This document shows, one piece after another, positions 14,727 through 28,600 of a DNA stretch of 64,000 nt. Source of the DNA: the human T2T-CHM13v2.0 reference genome, Homo sapiens; the NCBI RefSeq assembly GCF_009914755.1, contig NC_060946.1; one strand, given 5' to 3'. How positions within the stretch are numbered: the stretch's first letter is position 1; the number at the start of each line of letters is the position of its first letter. Below the pieces are notes generated by a model. That model ran no database searches, was not told where the DNA came from, and saw nothing but the letters and a program-made list of their open reading frames with translations. The translations under genes and the position numbers were made by a program.

Positions 14727-15017
14727 TTTTTTTCTGAGGCAAGGTCTCACTGTTTCACCCAGGATAGAGGGCAGTGGCGCCATCATGGCTCACTGCTGCC
14801 TCAACTTCCCAGGCTCAGGTGATTCTCCCACCTCAGCCTCCTGAGTAGCTGGGACCACAGGCATGCGCCACCATGCCCGCCCAATTTTTGTATTTTTTGT
14901 AGAAATAGGGTTTCACTGTGCTGCCCAGGCTGGTCTCAAACTCCTGGGCTCCAAGGATTCTCCCACCTCGGCCTCCCAATGTGGTGGGATTACAGGTGTG
15001 AGCCACCACGCCTGGCC
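14727..15017 (-). mobile_element. AluJ, full length
   Basis: J diagnostics atcatggctcactgc, ctcctgggctc and ctcccacctc; degenerate TSD aagacaaaggac / aagataagggcc. Confidence 0.92.
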
Positions 15018-15977
15018 AAGATAAGGGCCTTGAAAGTAGACCCTGCCCCTTGAGAAAGAAGGATGGCACAGTGGGGAGAAAGAGTGAGAAGCTGGAGATG
15101 AGAGGAAAAGCCAAATGTGGTCCCTGGAGAATAAGACTGCAAATGGTGGCCATGCATCAATCAGAGTGGGATTAGAGTGAGAGGATGGACCTCAGCCTTG
15201 GGGTCAGAACTCCCGTGCTTGGGATGGGGGTTGGCAAAAATAAAGTAGAATTAATAAGACATGGGCTGAAGGTCCAGATGAAGACAGAAGCCCTGTTATC
15301 AGAACCAAAGCCCAGTGCTAGATATGTGTGCATCCAGGAGGGCTGGGTTCTAAATCCTGGAGGATGGGGATGCTTAGGCTCCCTACATTCCTCCCACTAA
15401 TAATGGTCAGTATGAATCATGTGGCTGGCTGAGGTGAGGTTTAACTTAGCCATATAGTCTTCTCCCTGACCCCCAGGTTTTCTTTTAAAGCAAAATACCT
15501 GCTTCATCATGGAAACAGAGTCTTTGACTTAACAATGGACTATTACAATTCCACATGAGAGCATTAGAGACCTAATACAAGGAAGCAAGGAAGTGAATTC
15601 AGCTTCTGGCTCCAGACACCGGCTGGGTGGTCCTGGACATGAACCCTTACCATGCTGGGCATTCGCTTTCCGACGTGCAGAGCGGAAATACTGATGTGTT
15701 CAGTTTAGCTTGAATTTTGCCTTTACTATGGAAGCTGTCATAACACATGCAATCTTTATCTGTTTAGAGGATTGTAATCCACTCATAGCCATGGACATTG
15801 TCACCCCAAAATGCAGTTCATTCACAGATCACTAACCCGGGGCTATCCCTGCAAGTTAACAACCCCTGGTTACTTTTATTTATTTTCTTCCTTGACAAGA
15901 AGGATTAAACCTTCCCTTCTCTTCCTAACACCCAGCACACAGCTGGACTAGGCAAAATTCTTAAATTAGAGTGTGGA

Positions 15978-16240
15978 TTTTAAGAGGCTGAGGCAGGAAG
16001 ATGGCTTGAGACCAGGAATTTGAGACAAGCCTAAGCAAGACCCTGTCTTTACAGAAAATACAAAAATTAGCTGGGTGTAGTGCCGTGCACCTGTAGTCTC
16101 ACCTACTTGGGAAGCTGATGTGTTAGGATTGCTTGAACTTAGGAAGTCTAGGCTGCAGTGAACCGTGATCATGCCACTGCTCTCCAGTTTGAGCAATAAA
16201 ATGAGATCCTGTCTCTTAAAAAAAAGAAAAAGAAAGAAAG
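15978..16240 (+). mobile_element. AluJ, 5'-truncated
   Basis: gaggctgaggcaggaagatggcttgag..ggctgcagtgaaccgtgatcatgccactg..tail. Confidence 0.9.
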
Positions 16241-16454
16241 ATCTTGAGCAAGGATGGATTGGGCCCACAGGACAAGCCCAACATTGTGCAAGGCACAGGG
16301 CAGTACAAGGACTTCCCAATGATGGCCTCTGTCCACACATTGCTTAATAACCAGTGGCATTCATAGTAGTATTTCAAGAATTCAAAGAGGTCTGCCACTG
16401 CAAGAGAAACTAATGACTTTGGAGATCAGTGACCTTCTTGAGTAACTTGGGAAG

Positions 16455-16700
16455 GAAAAGCTATACAGTCTAATGGTTAAGAAAAAAAGGCATTGGGATA
16501 AATTTTGCTTTAAACCTAGCTGTGTGTCCTAGAGCAGCTCACTTCACCTCTCTGAGCCTGGTTTCTTCATCTGAGAAACGGAAGCAGTGATAGTTCCTGC
16601 CTCACAGAGCTGTCCTGAGGATTAAAGAAGTAGATGCATGTGAAGTATTTCATGCAGGGCCCGACACACGGAAAAGAACCAATAAACGTCAGCTATTCTT
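16455..16700 (+). mobile_element. MIR, near full length
   Basis: ctagctgtgtgtcctagagcagctcacttcacctctctgagcctggtttcttcatctgagaaacgg. Confidence 0.85.
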
Positions 16701-17522
16701 AGCTACTTGCATCCTAGACCCGTTTTCTCAGATAGAACATTTGCAGGAACATGGATTAAAGGTTATGGATTCCCTGATGGGGAAGAAGAGGGAAGAAAAA
16801 ACTTTAAAGTCCTGAAGGAGCCAGAACTATACAAAGCAGGAATATCATGTGGAGTATTATATATAAGAAATGCTGGTCGGATCTCCTGCGGAATTTCAGG
16901 AAGGAAGCAGCTTGCCCAGAGAAAAGGTGTGAACAGACAGACAGCAACACCTTGTTTTTTTCAGAAGCTTCAACAAAAGGATTTTGGCGCCAGTTGGCCC
17001 AGATTTGGAGGGGAGGAAGAAAAGAGTGGGTTGCCTGCAGTCAGAAAGAGACTGAAAGGAGAAGGGGAAAAAAGTAGAAAACACAGAATTATGACTTGGG
17101 GAATAGACAGAGTTTGCGGGGATGTTTCTGGGTGGGTGGTGGGCATGGCATTGATCAAACTTATAACACTGATGAATAGAAACATATAAATGACTACATA
17201 AAGGAATACATTTAGAGTGCCTGGCATATGACAAAAAAAAATGCTCAATGTGATTTAGTACGTATTCATTGGGCAGGCACTAAGTAAGTGTTTATTGAAC
17301 TAAAGAAATGAAAGTGGTACATACTTTTTAAGGGAGGAGAACAGAATCGTTCAAGAAAAATGTTTCTCAGCCCTGAACTTTCATCACATGGGTGGTGCTT
17401 GGTTAGAAGCGAAGACCGAATTACATGTATCAGTAACTTTGTAATTTACTTAAATTTATTGTTTTAATCATGATGTTAACTGAGATCATTGTAGAGTTTA
17501 TGTTTGTCCTAAGATGTACTTC

Positions 17523-17677
17523 TTTTTTAAAAAATTTTAGGTTCACTAGGTATATGGGCTTGTTACACAGGTGTTACATGCACAATGGTGGAGGTTAGAC
17601 TCTAGTGCACCCATCACCCAAATATTAAACATTTTACCCAATAGGTAATTTCTCAACCCTCACCCCACCTCCCACTC
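17523..17677 (-). mobile_element. L1PB-like 3' end, 5'-truncated
   Basis: gtgcacccatcacccaaata..cccaataggtaatttctcaaccctcacc; TSD agatgtacttc / agacatacttc. Confidence 0.8.
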
Positions 17678-18397
17678 AGACATACTTCTGCATGTTCTTG
17701 GTGAGGTCCTGGTCTTCTTTTTCCTTGCTTGGAAAACTTGCTGGATAGATGACTCCCACCATCTTGAAATGGCAAACCAAAATGGGAGAGGTGATTCGTT
17801 TTGTTTCCAAAAGAAAACAGATCCCTAATGGAGACTCAGGAAGGGATGAAAGAAAAAAAGAAAAGGCTCAATCCATATCAATCCCTAAGAACACTGGAGA
17901 GCCTAGCTGTGAGAGGTAAAGAGAAAAAAGGGAGCAAAAGGAAACCCCATAAAGAAGTAAATGAATGAATGAAAAGAATTCCCCAGGCCTTCATTTCATA
18001 GACTGAAGGTTGTGCCCCCAGCCTGAGGTGGGTTTGGATCAAGTGCTCAATCCCAGTGACTTGTCAGGGATCCTTTCAGATGTGTTCACCTCTGGGAAGA
18101 AGGGCCATTCGCCTGGGGTGAGCAGGGATCTGAGGAAACGTTTAGGGCATCTTGACTGATGAGCTGAGCCTTATCTACAGAGCAGTGTGAACAGCCTGAT
18201 GTGATGAGCTCGCTTTGCAAGGCACTGAATCATCCCAGCTTCTCGCTGACAGAAGCAGAGCAGAGGTCCCGGATGCTCCTTATTGCATGACGGGAGCACT
18301 AGGTGAAGCCACGGAAATTGGATTTGAGTGATTCCCATCTTCCTCTCTCCCTGCCCCCAAACTAGAGCATTCTGACCATCCAGCAAGCTTAAAGGAA

Positions 18398-18469
18398 CAG
18401 AAGCAAAGCCCAGAGAGGAAGAAACAGAAACCCTGTCAGAAGCAAAGCCCAGAGAGGAAGAAACAGAAA
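18398..18469. repeat. Direct duplication, 33 bp x2 (period 39)
   Basis: cagaagcaaagcccagagaggaagaaacagaaa at 18398-18430 and 18437-18469. Confidence 0.95.
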
Positions 18470-18668
18470 ACCAGGGAGAGCTGGGACCTTGCGCAGTCCC
18501 ACGTGGTCAGTTAGTGGAGGAGCTGGAAATGATCTAGCTCTTTCTGCTAAATCAGTCTTTCCTGTCTCAGAACTTTTCCTGAGAAATCACTCAATCCCTA
18601 AGGGGACAGCTGACCTGTCCCCAAGTGGTGGATGTTTAGTTTATTGTCCTAAGAAATGATCCAGCAGG

Positions 18669-19036
<368 letters not shown>

Positions 19037-19059
19037 TCATCATTATCATCATCAAAATG

Positions 19060-19280
19060 GCCAAAATTTATCAGACATCATGCTATTAATTTGTATTAAA
19101 TCTGTACAACCACCCACTAGGTCATTCTCATTATTGTCCCCAGTTTGCATATGGAAAATCTAAGGCTTTGAGAGGTAAAGTCACTTGCTTAAGGCCATAT
19201 AACCAGGAGGGAAGTGGTAGGGTTTAGCCTGGACCCCTTGATGTCTGGTGTCAATGCCAGAGCTCTTAACCACTGGGCTC
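19060..19280 (-). mobile_element. MIR
   Basis: ccccagtttgcatatggaaaatctaaggctttgagaggtaaagtcacttgc..gagctcttaaccact. Confidence 0.75.
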
Positions 19281-20520
19281 TCCTGCACCCCTGAGGATTA
19301 AATGGGAATAACTGGGATTTGAACCCAGGACTTCTGACTCTTTAGTGCTTTGCTTTTTTGACTAATGATGATAACAGTAACTCATTAATTATCATCTCAT
19401 TTATTCCACACAATAGCTTTAAGTACCTGCGTGGCAACTTGCACTCCTCCAGGATTACAGTGCTAGTAGGTAGCAGAGCTGGGACCCCAGAATGCCCCAT
19501 TCTTCCCTTCCCACCACCATAGTGACATTTCCAAACCCAACACTGACTATAACCCTCCAACCCTTGAAACCAAACCCAGACTCTTCTTTGGAACTTACAA
19601 GACATGCACAATCAGGTCCTGGCTATCTTCTGTATCAGTGACATCCTCCCTTTTTTCTTTCGGCCACACTGATCTTCTTGTGGCTTCTGCCAACACAGGG
19701 CTTTTGCACCTGCTGTTCCCTCTTCCTAAACATTTCTGTAAACCCCTTCCTGACTTTTGGCCTGATTACCTTCTACTTCTCTTTCAGACCTCAGTGTAAG
19801 TGTCACTTCTGAAGACAGCTCTGTCTCTTCCTCTGGGGTATCCGTCTATTAGTGGGTCCACATTAATGTGATTATTTAATTAGGTAATGTTAAGTCTCTG
19901 CCCATCCAATTTCAATTTCTATGGCCATGAGCAAGTCCCCCACTCTGGGCCTCACTCTTCCAATCTGTAAAATGGATGACAAGGCCCCACGGTTCTTTCA
20001 AGATCAGCTTATATGGCCCCAAGTGGGCCTCGCAAATACAACATGTTGTGTGGGACTCCTCCTCCTCAAGGAATTTCCCCTTTAGGTCCTGCCATACGGC
20101 ATTTTCTAAAATTCCCTTGCCACCTGCTGCGATGGAAGGCGAAGTGCCTGGCTTTCTTTCATGAGAGTTGAATTGAATTCTGAACGTAGAAGACACTTCT
20201 GAGGCTGATGTCGACAAGAAATGAACACAGACACAGGCTCCCTCTGCAAACAGTTCCTGGAGACCCTTCTCTGTCCTGTCAATCTCCTGGGTGCTGGAGA
20301 GCAGAGGTAAATTAGACACACTTCCTGCCGTTGATAAACACACAGTTGAGTAGGAAAACAGATGCAGGAATATACACAGCCATCAGGTAGAGAGAAAGAA
20401 AAACAATGTCTCCCATTTATTGAGGACATGCTTTGTGTCAGGCCAGTGCTGAGCACTTTATAAATACCCATTCATTATCCCTTTGCAACCCTAACCAAAG
20501 CCATCTGAACCACTAGTTTT

Positions 20521-20760
20521 GTTTGTTTGTTTTGTTTTTTTACTTTTAAGTTTTGGGATACATGTGCAGAACGTGCAGGTTTGTTACATAGGTACAATAC
20601 ATGTGCCATGGTGGTTTGCTGCAGCTATCAACCCGTCATCTAGGTTTTAAGCCCCACATGCATTAGGTACTTGTCCTAATGCTCTCCCTCCCCTTGCTCC
20701 CCACCTCCCAACAGGTCCTGGTATGTAATGTTCCCCTCCCTGTGTCCATGTCTTCTCATT
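20521..20760 (-). mobile_element. L1PA (about PA8-PA10) 3' end
   Basis: gatacatgtgcagaacgtgcaggtttgttacatagg..ctaggttttaagccc; TSD tgaac(ca/tg)ctagtttt at 20506-20520 / 20761-20775. Confidence 0.92.
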
Positions 20761-20795
20761 TGAACTGCTAGTTTTATATATATTACTGAGACTTA

Positions 20796-21270
<475 letters not shown>

Positions 21271-22056
21271 TAAAGTAAGCAAAGCACCTGGACCCCCTGA
21301 AGAGTCATAGGCTTTTCCTTTCTATTTCTTTGCCTTAAATCATTCCCCAGCCATAGCCAGAAAGTTCTGGATTCGAGTGCTGGTTATGCCTTTAATTGGT
21401 ACATCACTTCTTTAAGCCTGAGCTCCCTCCACTAGCAAAGTAGAAATAGCATCACCTTACTCACAGGGCGGCTGTAATGTTTAAATAAAACAAATCTTGT
21501 AAATATTCCCAGTTGGTCATAGAAGATGTTCGAGAAATACAAGTGTTTTTTTTTTTTTTTTTTTCGCTCCTGGCAAATATCAGTAGGAAAGCAGGTAGGA
21601 AGAAAACAACCCCACAATGACAAAAATGAACAAGATTGGACAAGTCTGAGCCCTCTTGCCTTTTTATTTTTTTTGTTTGTTTTTTTACAAAATCTGTTTT
21701 ATATATAGACAGTTTGAAAGAATCAAGAAATTAGAAAGTTTCACTGAGCAAATTATAGTGCTTGCTTCTTTATTTTCCATACGGACTCTTGTCTCAGACT
21801 TCAAGAACCTATTTGATGTGAATCCATCTCCTGAGCCCAGGAAACCTACACAAGCCAGTAAATTAACCACTTTCTAAGGGCATTTTTAAAAATCTGAGGC
21901 CATGAGAAAAAGAAATAATAATTAAAACAACTAAGAGGAGAAGTTCAAAGAGGATCATTAAAGTTCTGGGTATGTGAATAGGGAAGATGTAATCTCAGCA
22001 ATAAAGAGGATCATGCAATGCCTGGTGACAGCGATGAAAATAAAAAGAACAGTGTC

Positions 22057-22263
22057 ACAGGGAAGGGAACAACACACACCAAGGCCTGTTGAGGGAGGTA
22101 GGGGAGGGAGAGTATCAGGATAAATAGCTAATGCATGCGGGACTTAATAACTAGGTGATGGGTTGACAAGCGCAACAAACCACCATGGGACACGTTTACC
22201 TATGTAACAAACCTGCACATCCAGCACATGTATCCTGGAACTTAAAATAAAATAAAAATCTGA
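22057..22263 (+). mobile_element. L1PA (older, about PA11-PA13) 3' end
   Basis: gggaacaacacacacc..cacgtttacctatgtaacaaacctgcac..ggaacttaaaataaa; TSD aaaaagaacagtgtc at 22042-22056 / 22264-22278. Confidence 0.92.
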
Positions 22264-23179
22264 AAAAAGAACAGTGTCTTTCCAACAGCACACCAGGTAG
22301 GTGAAGAGGCTTCTGGGGTGGGGATGCCAGTGAGCTTTGATGGGTGAAGTAAGCCTCACAGGAAGTGGAGAGACGCAGATGTGGGAGTCTGATAGCTCCA
22401 GTTAGAACCCTAGGTCCACCACCTACTCACAGTGAGACCCCAGGCAAGCGGCTCCACCTTTCTGGGCCACAGATGCCACAGATGCCATATCTGCAAAATG
22501 GACATCATCATACATTGATCATTGAACAAATATTTACTGATCTCCGGCCTTGTACCAGGCAGGGTCCTGGAGCTACATCAATGAACAAGACTGGCAAAAC
22601 CCTGCCAGTGAAGCTGACATTTGCATAGAATTGTAAGTCAGCATCAGTAATAACAGCGAATCTGCCATTGACCCTCTCCTCCTCAATTCTCCCCACATCC
22701 CTTTGAGGCAGGCAGAGCAGCTGTTGTGTCCCCATTGTGCAGATGAGGAGACCGAGGCCTAGTCACACACCTAGCATTGGGTTGCAGGGCTCCTGACTCT
22801 CCACTTAGTTGCCTGTGTGTTAGTTGCCTGTCTGTCAGTTGCCTTGGGTGAAGCAGGTCTCATTGCCAGGTGAGATGATGATGAGACAGGTGCTACACAG
22901 GCTTCTTCCTCTGGCTGGAACTCATCCCTATGATGTCACTATATGTAAAGCCTACAGAAGCTGTCACAGTCACTGTCATATGGTCCTGCAATCCCCTGCC
23001 TGTCCCTCCCCCATTAGATTGTGAGCTCATCCATGACAGGGGCCACTGGGTATCCCCAGAGCTTAGCATGGGGTTTAGCACCCAGTAAGCACTCAGGTAG
23101 CACATGATGAATAAAAGAATGGATGAATTGAGAGAAGGAGAAAGGAAGGGGGAATGTGCTTACATCACACAATAAATAC

Positions 23180-23375
23180 TGTATGAATGGATGGATGGAT
23201 GGATGGATGGATGGATGGGTGGATGGATGGATGATGAGTGGTTGATTGGAGGGAAGGAAGAAAGGAAGGAAGGTGGGAGGGAAGGAAGGAAAGGTGAATG
23301 GATAAAAGAAGAAAGAAAAGAAAGAAGAGAGGGAGAGGAAGAGGAAAAAGTAGGGATGGAGAGAGGGAGAAATAG
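23180..23375. repeat. (TGGA)n followed by a GA-rich tract
   Basis: Direct reading. Confidence 0.93.
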
Positions 23376-23649
23376 GCAAATTTCCTTTGGAAGAGTCAGT
23401 GAATGTCGAACAAATAAAGTATTAAATACAACCCAGATCCCTTCTTTTGCCTGCTTAGCTTACCCCCTGGCCTTATTCACCTGACCTTCCCTTCATCCTT
23501 CAAACTGCAGTTAAATCTTACCCCTGTGGTCTGTTCCAGCCCACAGAGACTGGTCTTTTTTCAAGCCTTGTAGTGTTCCTCCAATCTAATTTCCAATTAA
23601 CATCTTGGTTGCACACTCTTACCTCCCCTAATTGAAACCAACCATAGCA

Positions 23650-23915
23650 GTTTTTAGCATTGGGTAGTGGTTACCATCACAGGCCTATAGGAGGAAAACT
23701 AGCTGGCAGAATTTTGGCTCTGTCACTTTGCTAGAAAGTGACTGAGAAAGTCATTCCAACTCCCAGAGCCTCCATTGCCCCAAATATGAAATAGACACAC
23801 TGCCTCACAGAGGTATTAGGAAGACTTACACCCTGAGAAAGTGTGCAAGGAGCTTCATGTGAATCCCGGCACATAGCAAGCACTCGCTCGTGTCAATGGC
23901 TATCATTACTATTGT
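23650..23915 (+). mobile_element. MIR
   Basis: ttggctctgtcactttgctag..cccagagcctcc..cccggcacatagcaagcactc. Confidence 0.75.
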
Positions 23916-24011
23916 TGCCTAACCTGTGATTGTCTCATCTACTCAACAATATTTTAAGGTTCTAAGAGAAAAGCACCATCTCTCGTACCTGGTGTGTGTG
24001 CGCCTGAATTC

Positions 24012-24029
24012 ATGCGCGTGCACACGCGT

Positions 24030-24061
<32 letters not shown>
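24012..24061. repeat. (CA)n with a CG-rich alternating purine-pyrimidine head
   Basis: atgcgcgtgcacacgcgtgcacacacaca... Confidence 0.93.
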
Positions 24062-24063
<2 letters not shown>

Positions 24064-24319
24064 CCTAGCACAGGACTGGATGACCAGAATGCTTATTGGT
24101 TGATTTCTACTTGGACCCAAGTCAAGAAAGTTTCATTTCTAAAGATTTATTGTAGGTGAGAATCAATTCGCCAATGGTTTTATCTAAGCCAGTCTTTTAG
24201 AAAGGGCCTTATTGCAGGAAACCAGAAACAAATGAAAAGGCAATCTGTGTGCATGTTGTCAACAAGCTTGTGGGAGCTCCTAATACTATTTCCCTGTCAA
24301 GGTATCAATAGAAGAGAAG

Positions 24320-24515
24320 ACAGTTTCCCAGAACATGGGCCCGGTACTCCCTCCACATAATCGCCTGGGGTGGCAGTGGGTGGCTGGTTAGAAATGACGA
24401 TTTCTGGGATCCATTCCAGACTTACTAAATCAGAAACTCTCGAGTTATAACCTGGGAATCTGCATTTTAGCCCACTCCTTAGATGATTCTGGTGCATGCT
24501 CAGGGAACTGCTGCC
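24320..24515. mobile_element. MER5A-like MITE
   Basis: gttagaaatg..ccagacttactaaatcagaaactct..gggaatctgcatttt..gatgattctggtgca. Confidence 0.8.
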
Positions 24516-25113
24516 ATGCCCAGCCTCACAGGAACTTAGAGTGCAGCACTTGGAGGGCCTTTGAGGGTTTCTAGTCCAACTTCCTAACTTTACAGATGGA
24601 GCAAGTGAGGCACAGAGAGGTTAAGTGGCTTATGCAAGGTCACACTGCAAGGCAGTGACAGGGCTGAAACACAAACCGAAGACCTCACTGGCCAGCTGCC
24701 TTTACTCCATTGCATCACCCACCTTTTTCTCTGGAAGGAGTTATTGCTGGCTCTGCAAGGGGAAGAGGTGACCAGCATTATTGAGCCCTTCTTGTGTTCT
24801 AGCCACTTGACATAGGACCTTCTAGCAATCCTAAAGGCTAGGTATTACCATGCCTATCATTCTGGAGAAAAAAAACTGAGGATTGGAGAGAAAGCATCAT
24901 GTTTGCTGAACAGCAAAATCCTCTGGTGTATAAGACAAATCTCAATATCATAGGGAAAAACCGGGGGGAACGCCCACATACATGTGAAATGATTTGAAAA
25001 TGGGTTTACATAAAAAAATTTTTTTCATTTATGTAAGCAGGATATATTATATGCTAGAACCCAGTAGGAAATCTCTGGCCCATGACTTGCTGTTGTTAGA
25101 ATTTTATCCATCA

Positions 25114-25333
25114 CAGTGGTTCTTAACCAGGGGCAATTTTGCCCACCAGGAGATATCTGACAATGTCTGGAGACATTTCTGGGGGTCACACCTGGGGTGT
25201 TTGCTACCGGCATCTACTGTGTAGAGTCCAGAGAGGCTGGTTAACATACAATGATGCATGGGACAGCCTCCCACAAAAAAAAAAAAAATTATCTGGCCCC
25301 AAATGTCAATAGCGCCTAGGTTGAGAATTCCTG
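25114..25333 (+). mobile_element. MER20 (hAT-Charlie)
   Basis: cagtggttcttaaccaggggcaattttgccc..aattatctggccccaaatgtcaatag..ggttgagaa. Confidence 0.92.
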
Positions 25334-25809
25334 ATCTGTAAGATGTGAACTTTTTACTTTTGTTGTGACATCTTTGTGGCCACCTCCACCGTAGGAGTTG
25401 TAGCAGCTCACCCCAAACGTGGTAGTCACAGGATTCTTTCCTTAGCTGTTCTGTCTTCCACCCACAAAATGGGTATATCACGGTGGTGTTAGATGTTGTG
25501 AGTAGAAGACAGAAAATAGGTTCTATGTGAACAAAGTCTCCTGTCAAAGATAATGCAGCTACCAAGAAATAAAATTAGACTCCAAGTCCAGGTAGGTCTC
25601 ATTCCAGAATTAATGATATTTCAAGTGTTGTTCTTGCCTCATAGATGAATCCTCCATATACTCCATATATTTTGCAACATAAGCCACTAAATTTCCTTGC
25701 ATTGAACACAGTCTATTTTTAATTATATTGTAGAGTAAATTGGATTTCACAAGTTTAATTTCAAGCACAAATTGTGGCTCCTCAGCCTCCCCTTCAGTGG
25801 TAAGAGGTA

Positions 25810-26075
25810 TTGCTTGGGAGCTAAGAATGTGGATTTATGATCAGCCTGAGTTTGAATCTTGGCCCAGCTGATTTTTAGCTGTGTGTCCCTGAGAAAAAAA
25901 AATCCCTTCATTTCTCTGGAACTCAGTTTCCTCCTCCAAAATGTGGAGATAACAATAGAACCCACTTAAAAGGATTATTGTGCATTTTAAATCAAATAAT
26001 GCATATAAAACACTTTGTATGGTGCCTGGTACATGAAATGCCCTCAATGAATATCAACAGTAATAATTATTATCA
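25810..26075 (+). mobile_element. MIR
   Basis: cctgagtttgaatcttggccc..ctcagtttcctcctccaaaatgtggagataacaatag..gtgcctggtacat. Confidence 0.8.
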
Positions 26076-26679
26076 TCATGGTCATTGTCATCATAATTGT
26101 TATTATAATTAAGGCCCCCGGATAGGGAGAAGGTGGTAGATTGGAGAGTTTGGGGAATACTAGGCATTTGTAAAACAAAGCTGGTACAGTCTGGATCTGA
26201 TAATTCATCACTTACTAAATTTGACCCATCATTTTTGCTTTTAATGAAAATATATTCAATATTGGAACTAATTACTATTAAATTGGCCTCGTTATTAAGC
26301 ATCAAGGGATCAATGGTGGACTCAGTGGGTTATCGTCATTGAATAAAATGTCTCAAGGAGAAAAAAAAAGTTGAATTAATACACAATCCTGGAGCCAATT
26401 GAAAAATCCCTAATAACACCGGCTGTTGCTGACAATTAATTCTAGGAGTCTGTAAATCATGAAAGAGCTTTGGAGGCAGAAACCAAGTTAGAAGAAGAAA
26501 TGAAGAATTCAACTCATGCTGGCTCTCTCAGAGGTTCTATAACCAAGAGGGAGTTAGGGAGATTTGAGGAAACCTATTACTCCAACGAGGGGTATGGGGC
26601 AGAAGGAGACCTGAACTAGGAGTCAGCCTGGCAGGGCCTGGCTCAGCTTCTGTTCTCTATTACTGGGTGCAGGAGTAAA

Positions 26680-27100
26680 GGGGGAGAGAAATATGAGCTA
26701 TCAGAGAAGGAGACAGACACAGATCATCTAGTGCCCTTAAGCCCATGGCAAGGAGTTTGGGCTTACTCTATGTGTAATGGGAAGTCTTTGTTGGGATTAG
26801 AGCAGGGAGTGGCTTCATAGGATTGTGTAAAACTCACTCTGGCCACTAGACTTCAGAAAGACAAAGTGGGAAACTGGTAGGAAGTTATTGCAGTTGTCTA
26901 GATAAGAGTCTACAGAGGTTTGACATAGGATTAGGGTGGTGGCAGTGGTGATGGAGAAGAGCATACAGATACAGGATATGTTTTAGAAGTCAAGCTGGCA
27001 GGAAGTGCTAATAGACTGGCTGTGGAGGGTAAAGGAGAAGGTAGGCAATCAAGGATGCTGCCTAGATTAGAGCTTAAATAGTTAGGTAGATGTTGATAAC
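26680..27100 (-). mobile_element. L2 internal fragment
   Basis: ccatggcaaggagtttgggcttactct..gagcagggagtggc..cactctggcc..ggtggcagtggtgatggagaag. Confidence 0.7.
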
Positions 27101-28139
27101 CTCCATCAGTCAGCTATTGCCACGATAATGCTGTGTAACAAACTACCCCCAACTCAGGGACTTAGAACTGCAACCACATGACTCTGCAGCCATCTGCAGT
27201 TCAGCTGGGCTATAATTAGAAAATCTGTTTTAGATGTGCCACTAGCTATTGTTACAAAAAAAAAGCCCTACAATTAACATGTTTCACTTTGGGGCCTAAA
27301 ACAAACAAATAAGCTACTCTTAACAAATGAAAAAAATCAATGTTTGAAGAATCTGTGGTGGTCTGACACTAAAGTGACCTGAAAAGATTTGTCCCAGCCA
27401 TTCTACAACTCAGGGCATCAAGAGAGAGGAGAACACTCCAATTTCTCCCAGGCTCAAGTAATTTCAGTTTTCTGATTAGCTTGGTGCAGCTCTCAGGAAC
27501 TCTGTTAGGCAGATGACTTGTCACACCAAACACAGGACGAGCTCATCACTGGTCAGGAAGCCAACTCAGTCAGAGAGATTGGCTTGCCTCCCCCTAATCA
27601 ATGCCATCCACAAAACACTAAGAGTCACAACCACTGCCAAGCCAGCTCTTGCTCCTCCATGACTAGTTTTGAGCAGTGGGATCACTCAGTCTGTCAGAAG
27701 CTATTAGACTCGGATTGGCTGATTTTGAGAAAGAGGGTGGGGGGATTTTTTTCAAGGACAAGCTGAACACATAGAAGGGAAAACACAGTGGCCCTAGCCC
27801 AGCATCCACGGCTGAGGAGAGGAATTAGATGACTCGAAGAAGAAAGACAACTGACAAAATGATGTTTTTAGCTGTGTTAGGGTAATGCATTGTGTTCCCC
27901 ACTGAGAAAGAGGGATTAGGGATGTGCTTGAGGAAAATTGTTGCCATCCCAAGTGGTAATTTGCAATCTGGACAGGAAGTAAGTAAGTGGGACTCCAGGA
28001 GAAACCTTAAGCAGCTGCATTTAGGAACAAGCTGGGCTGACTGACTGTGGCTGTCTGGAAGGTGAAGGAGTTTGCAAATAAAGAATGGCTTCTAGTTCCA
28101 CCCAGCAGCAAATCTTCCCTTGGCTTTCACTTCTCAACT

Positions 28140-28600
28140 CAAGATTCCCCCCATGCCCTAGACCTGGTCCTGTCTCTGCATTATTTGCTGGCTTAGTGAA
28201 CGATATCACCATATCTATGGTTGAGCAAAACAAAAACTTGGAAGTCATCCATTACTCCTTGCTCTCTCTCACTTCCCTTATCCATCCATCTCCAAGTCCT
28301 GATAATTTTGCCTCATAAATATTTCTCAAAGTAACTCGATTTTCTCCATCCCTGCTGCCACCACCCTGGTCTAAGCCACCATCAGCTCTCACCTGGCCAA
28401 CTGCAACCATCCCTCACTGGGCCTTTGGCTTCCAGCTTGTTTTGCTTTCCATCCATCCTTCACATTGCTTGCCATAGAGATCTTTTCAAAACACACATCT
28501 GCCAATTCCACCTTCCTGTTATAAAACCCTTCTGTGACTCCCCATTGCTTTCAGAATAAAGACCAAAATGATGAATGTGATCCACTGTTCCCAGCATGGT
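28140..28600 (+). mobile_element. L2 internal fragment
   Basis: tctccatccctgctgccaccaccctggtctaagccaccatcagctctcacctgg. Confidence 0.8.

Noticed and set aside
16707-17248. 160-aa ORF and overlapping ORFs in unique sequence
   Set aside because: Starts at a non-ATG codon, has no recognisable domain and no clear splice context; compatible with chance.
18602-18622. GGGGACAG-ctgac-CTGTCCCC hairpin
   Set aside because: An 8-bp stem is expected by chance in 64 kb; no supporting context.
20115-20135. CTCF-like motif on the minus strand (gcagcaggtggcaa)
   Set aside because: Lacks the conserved CC at the start of the core; weak match.
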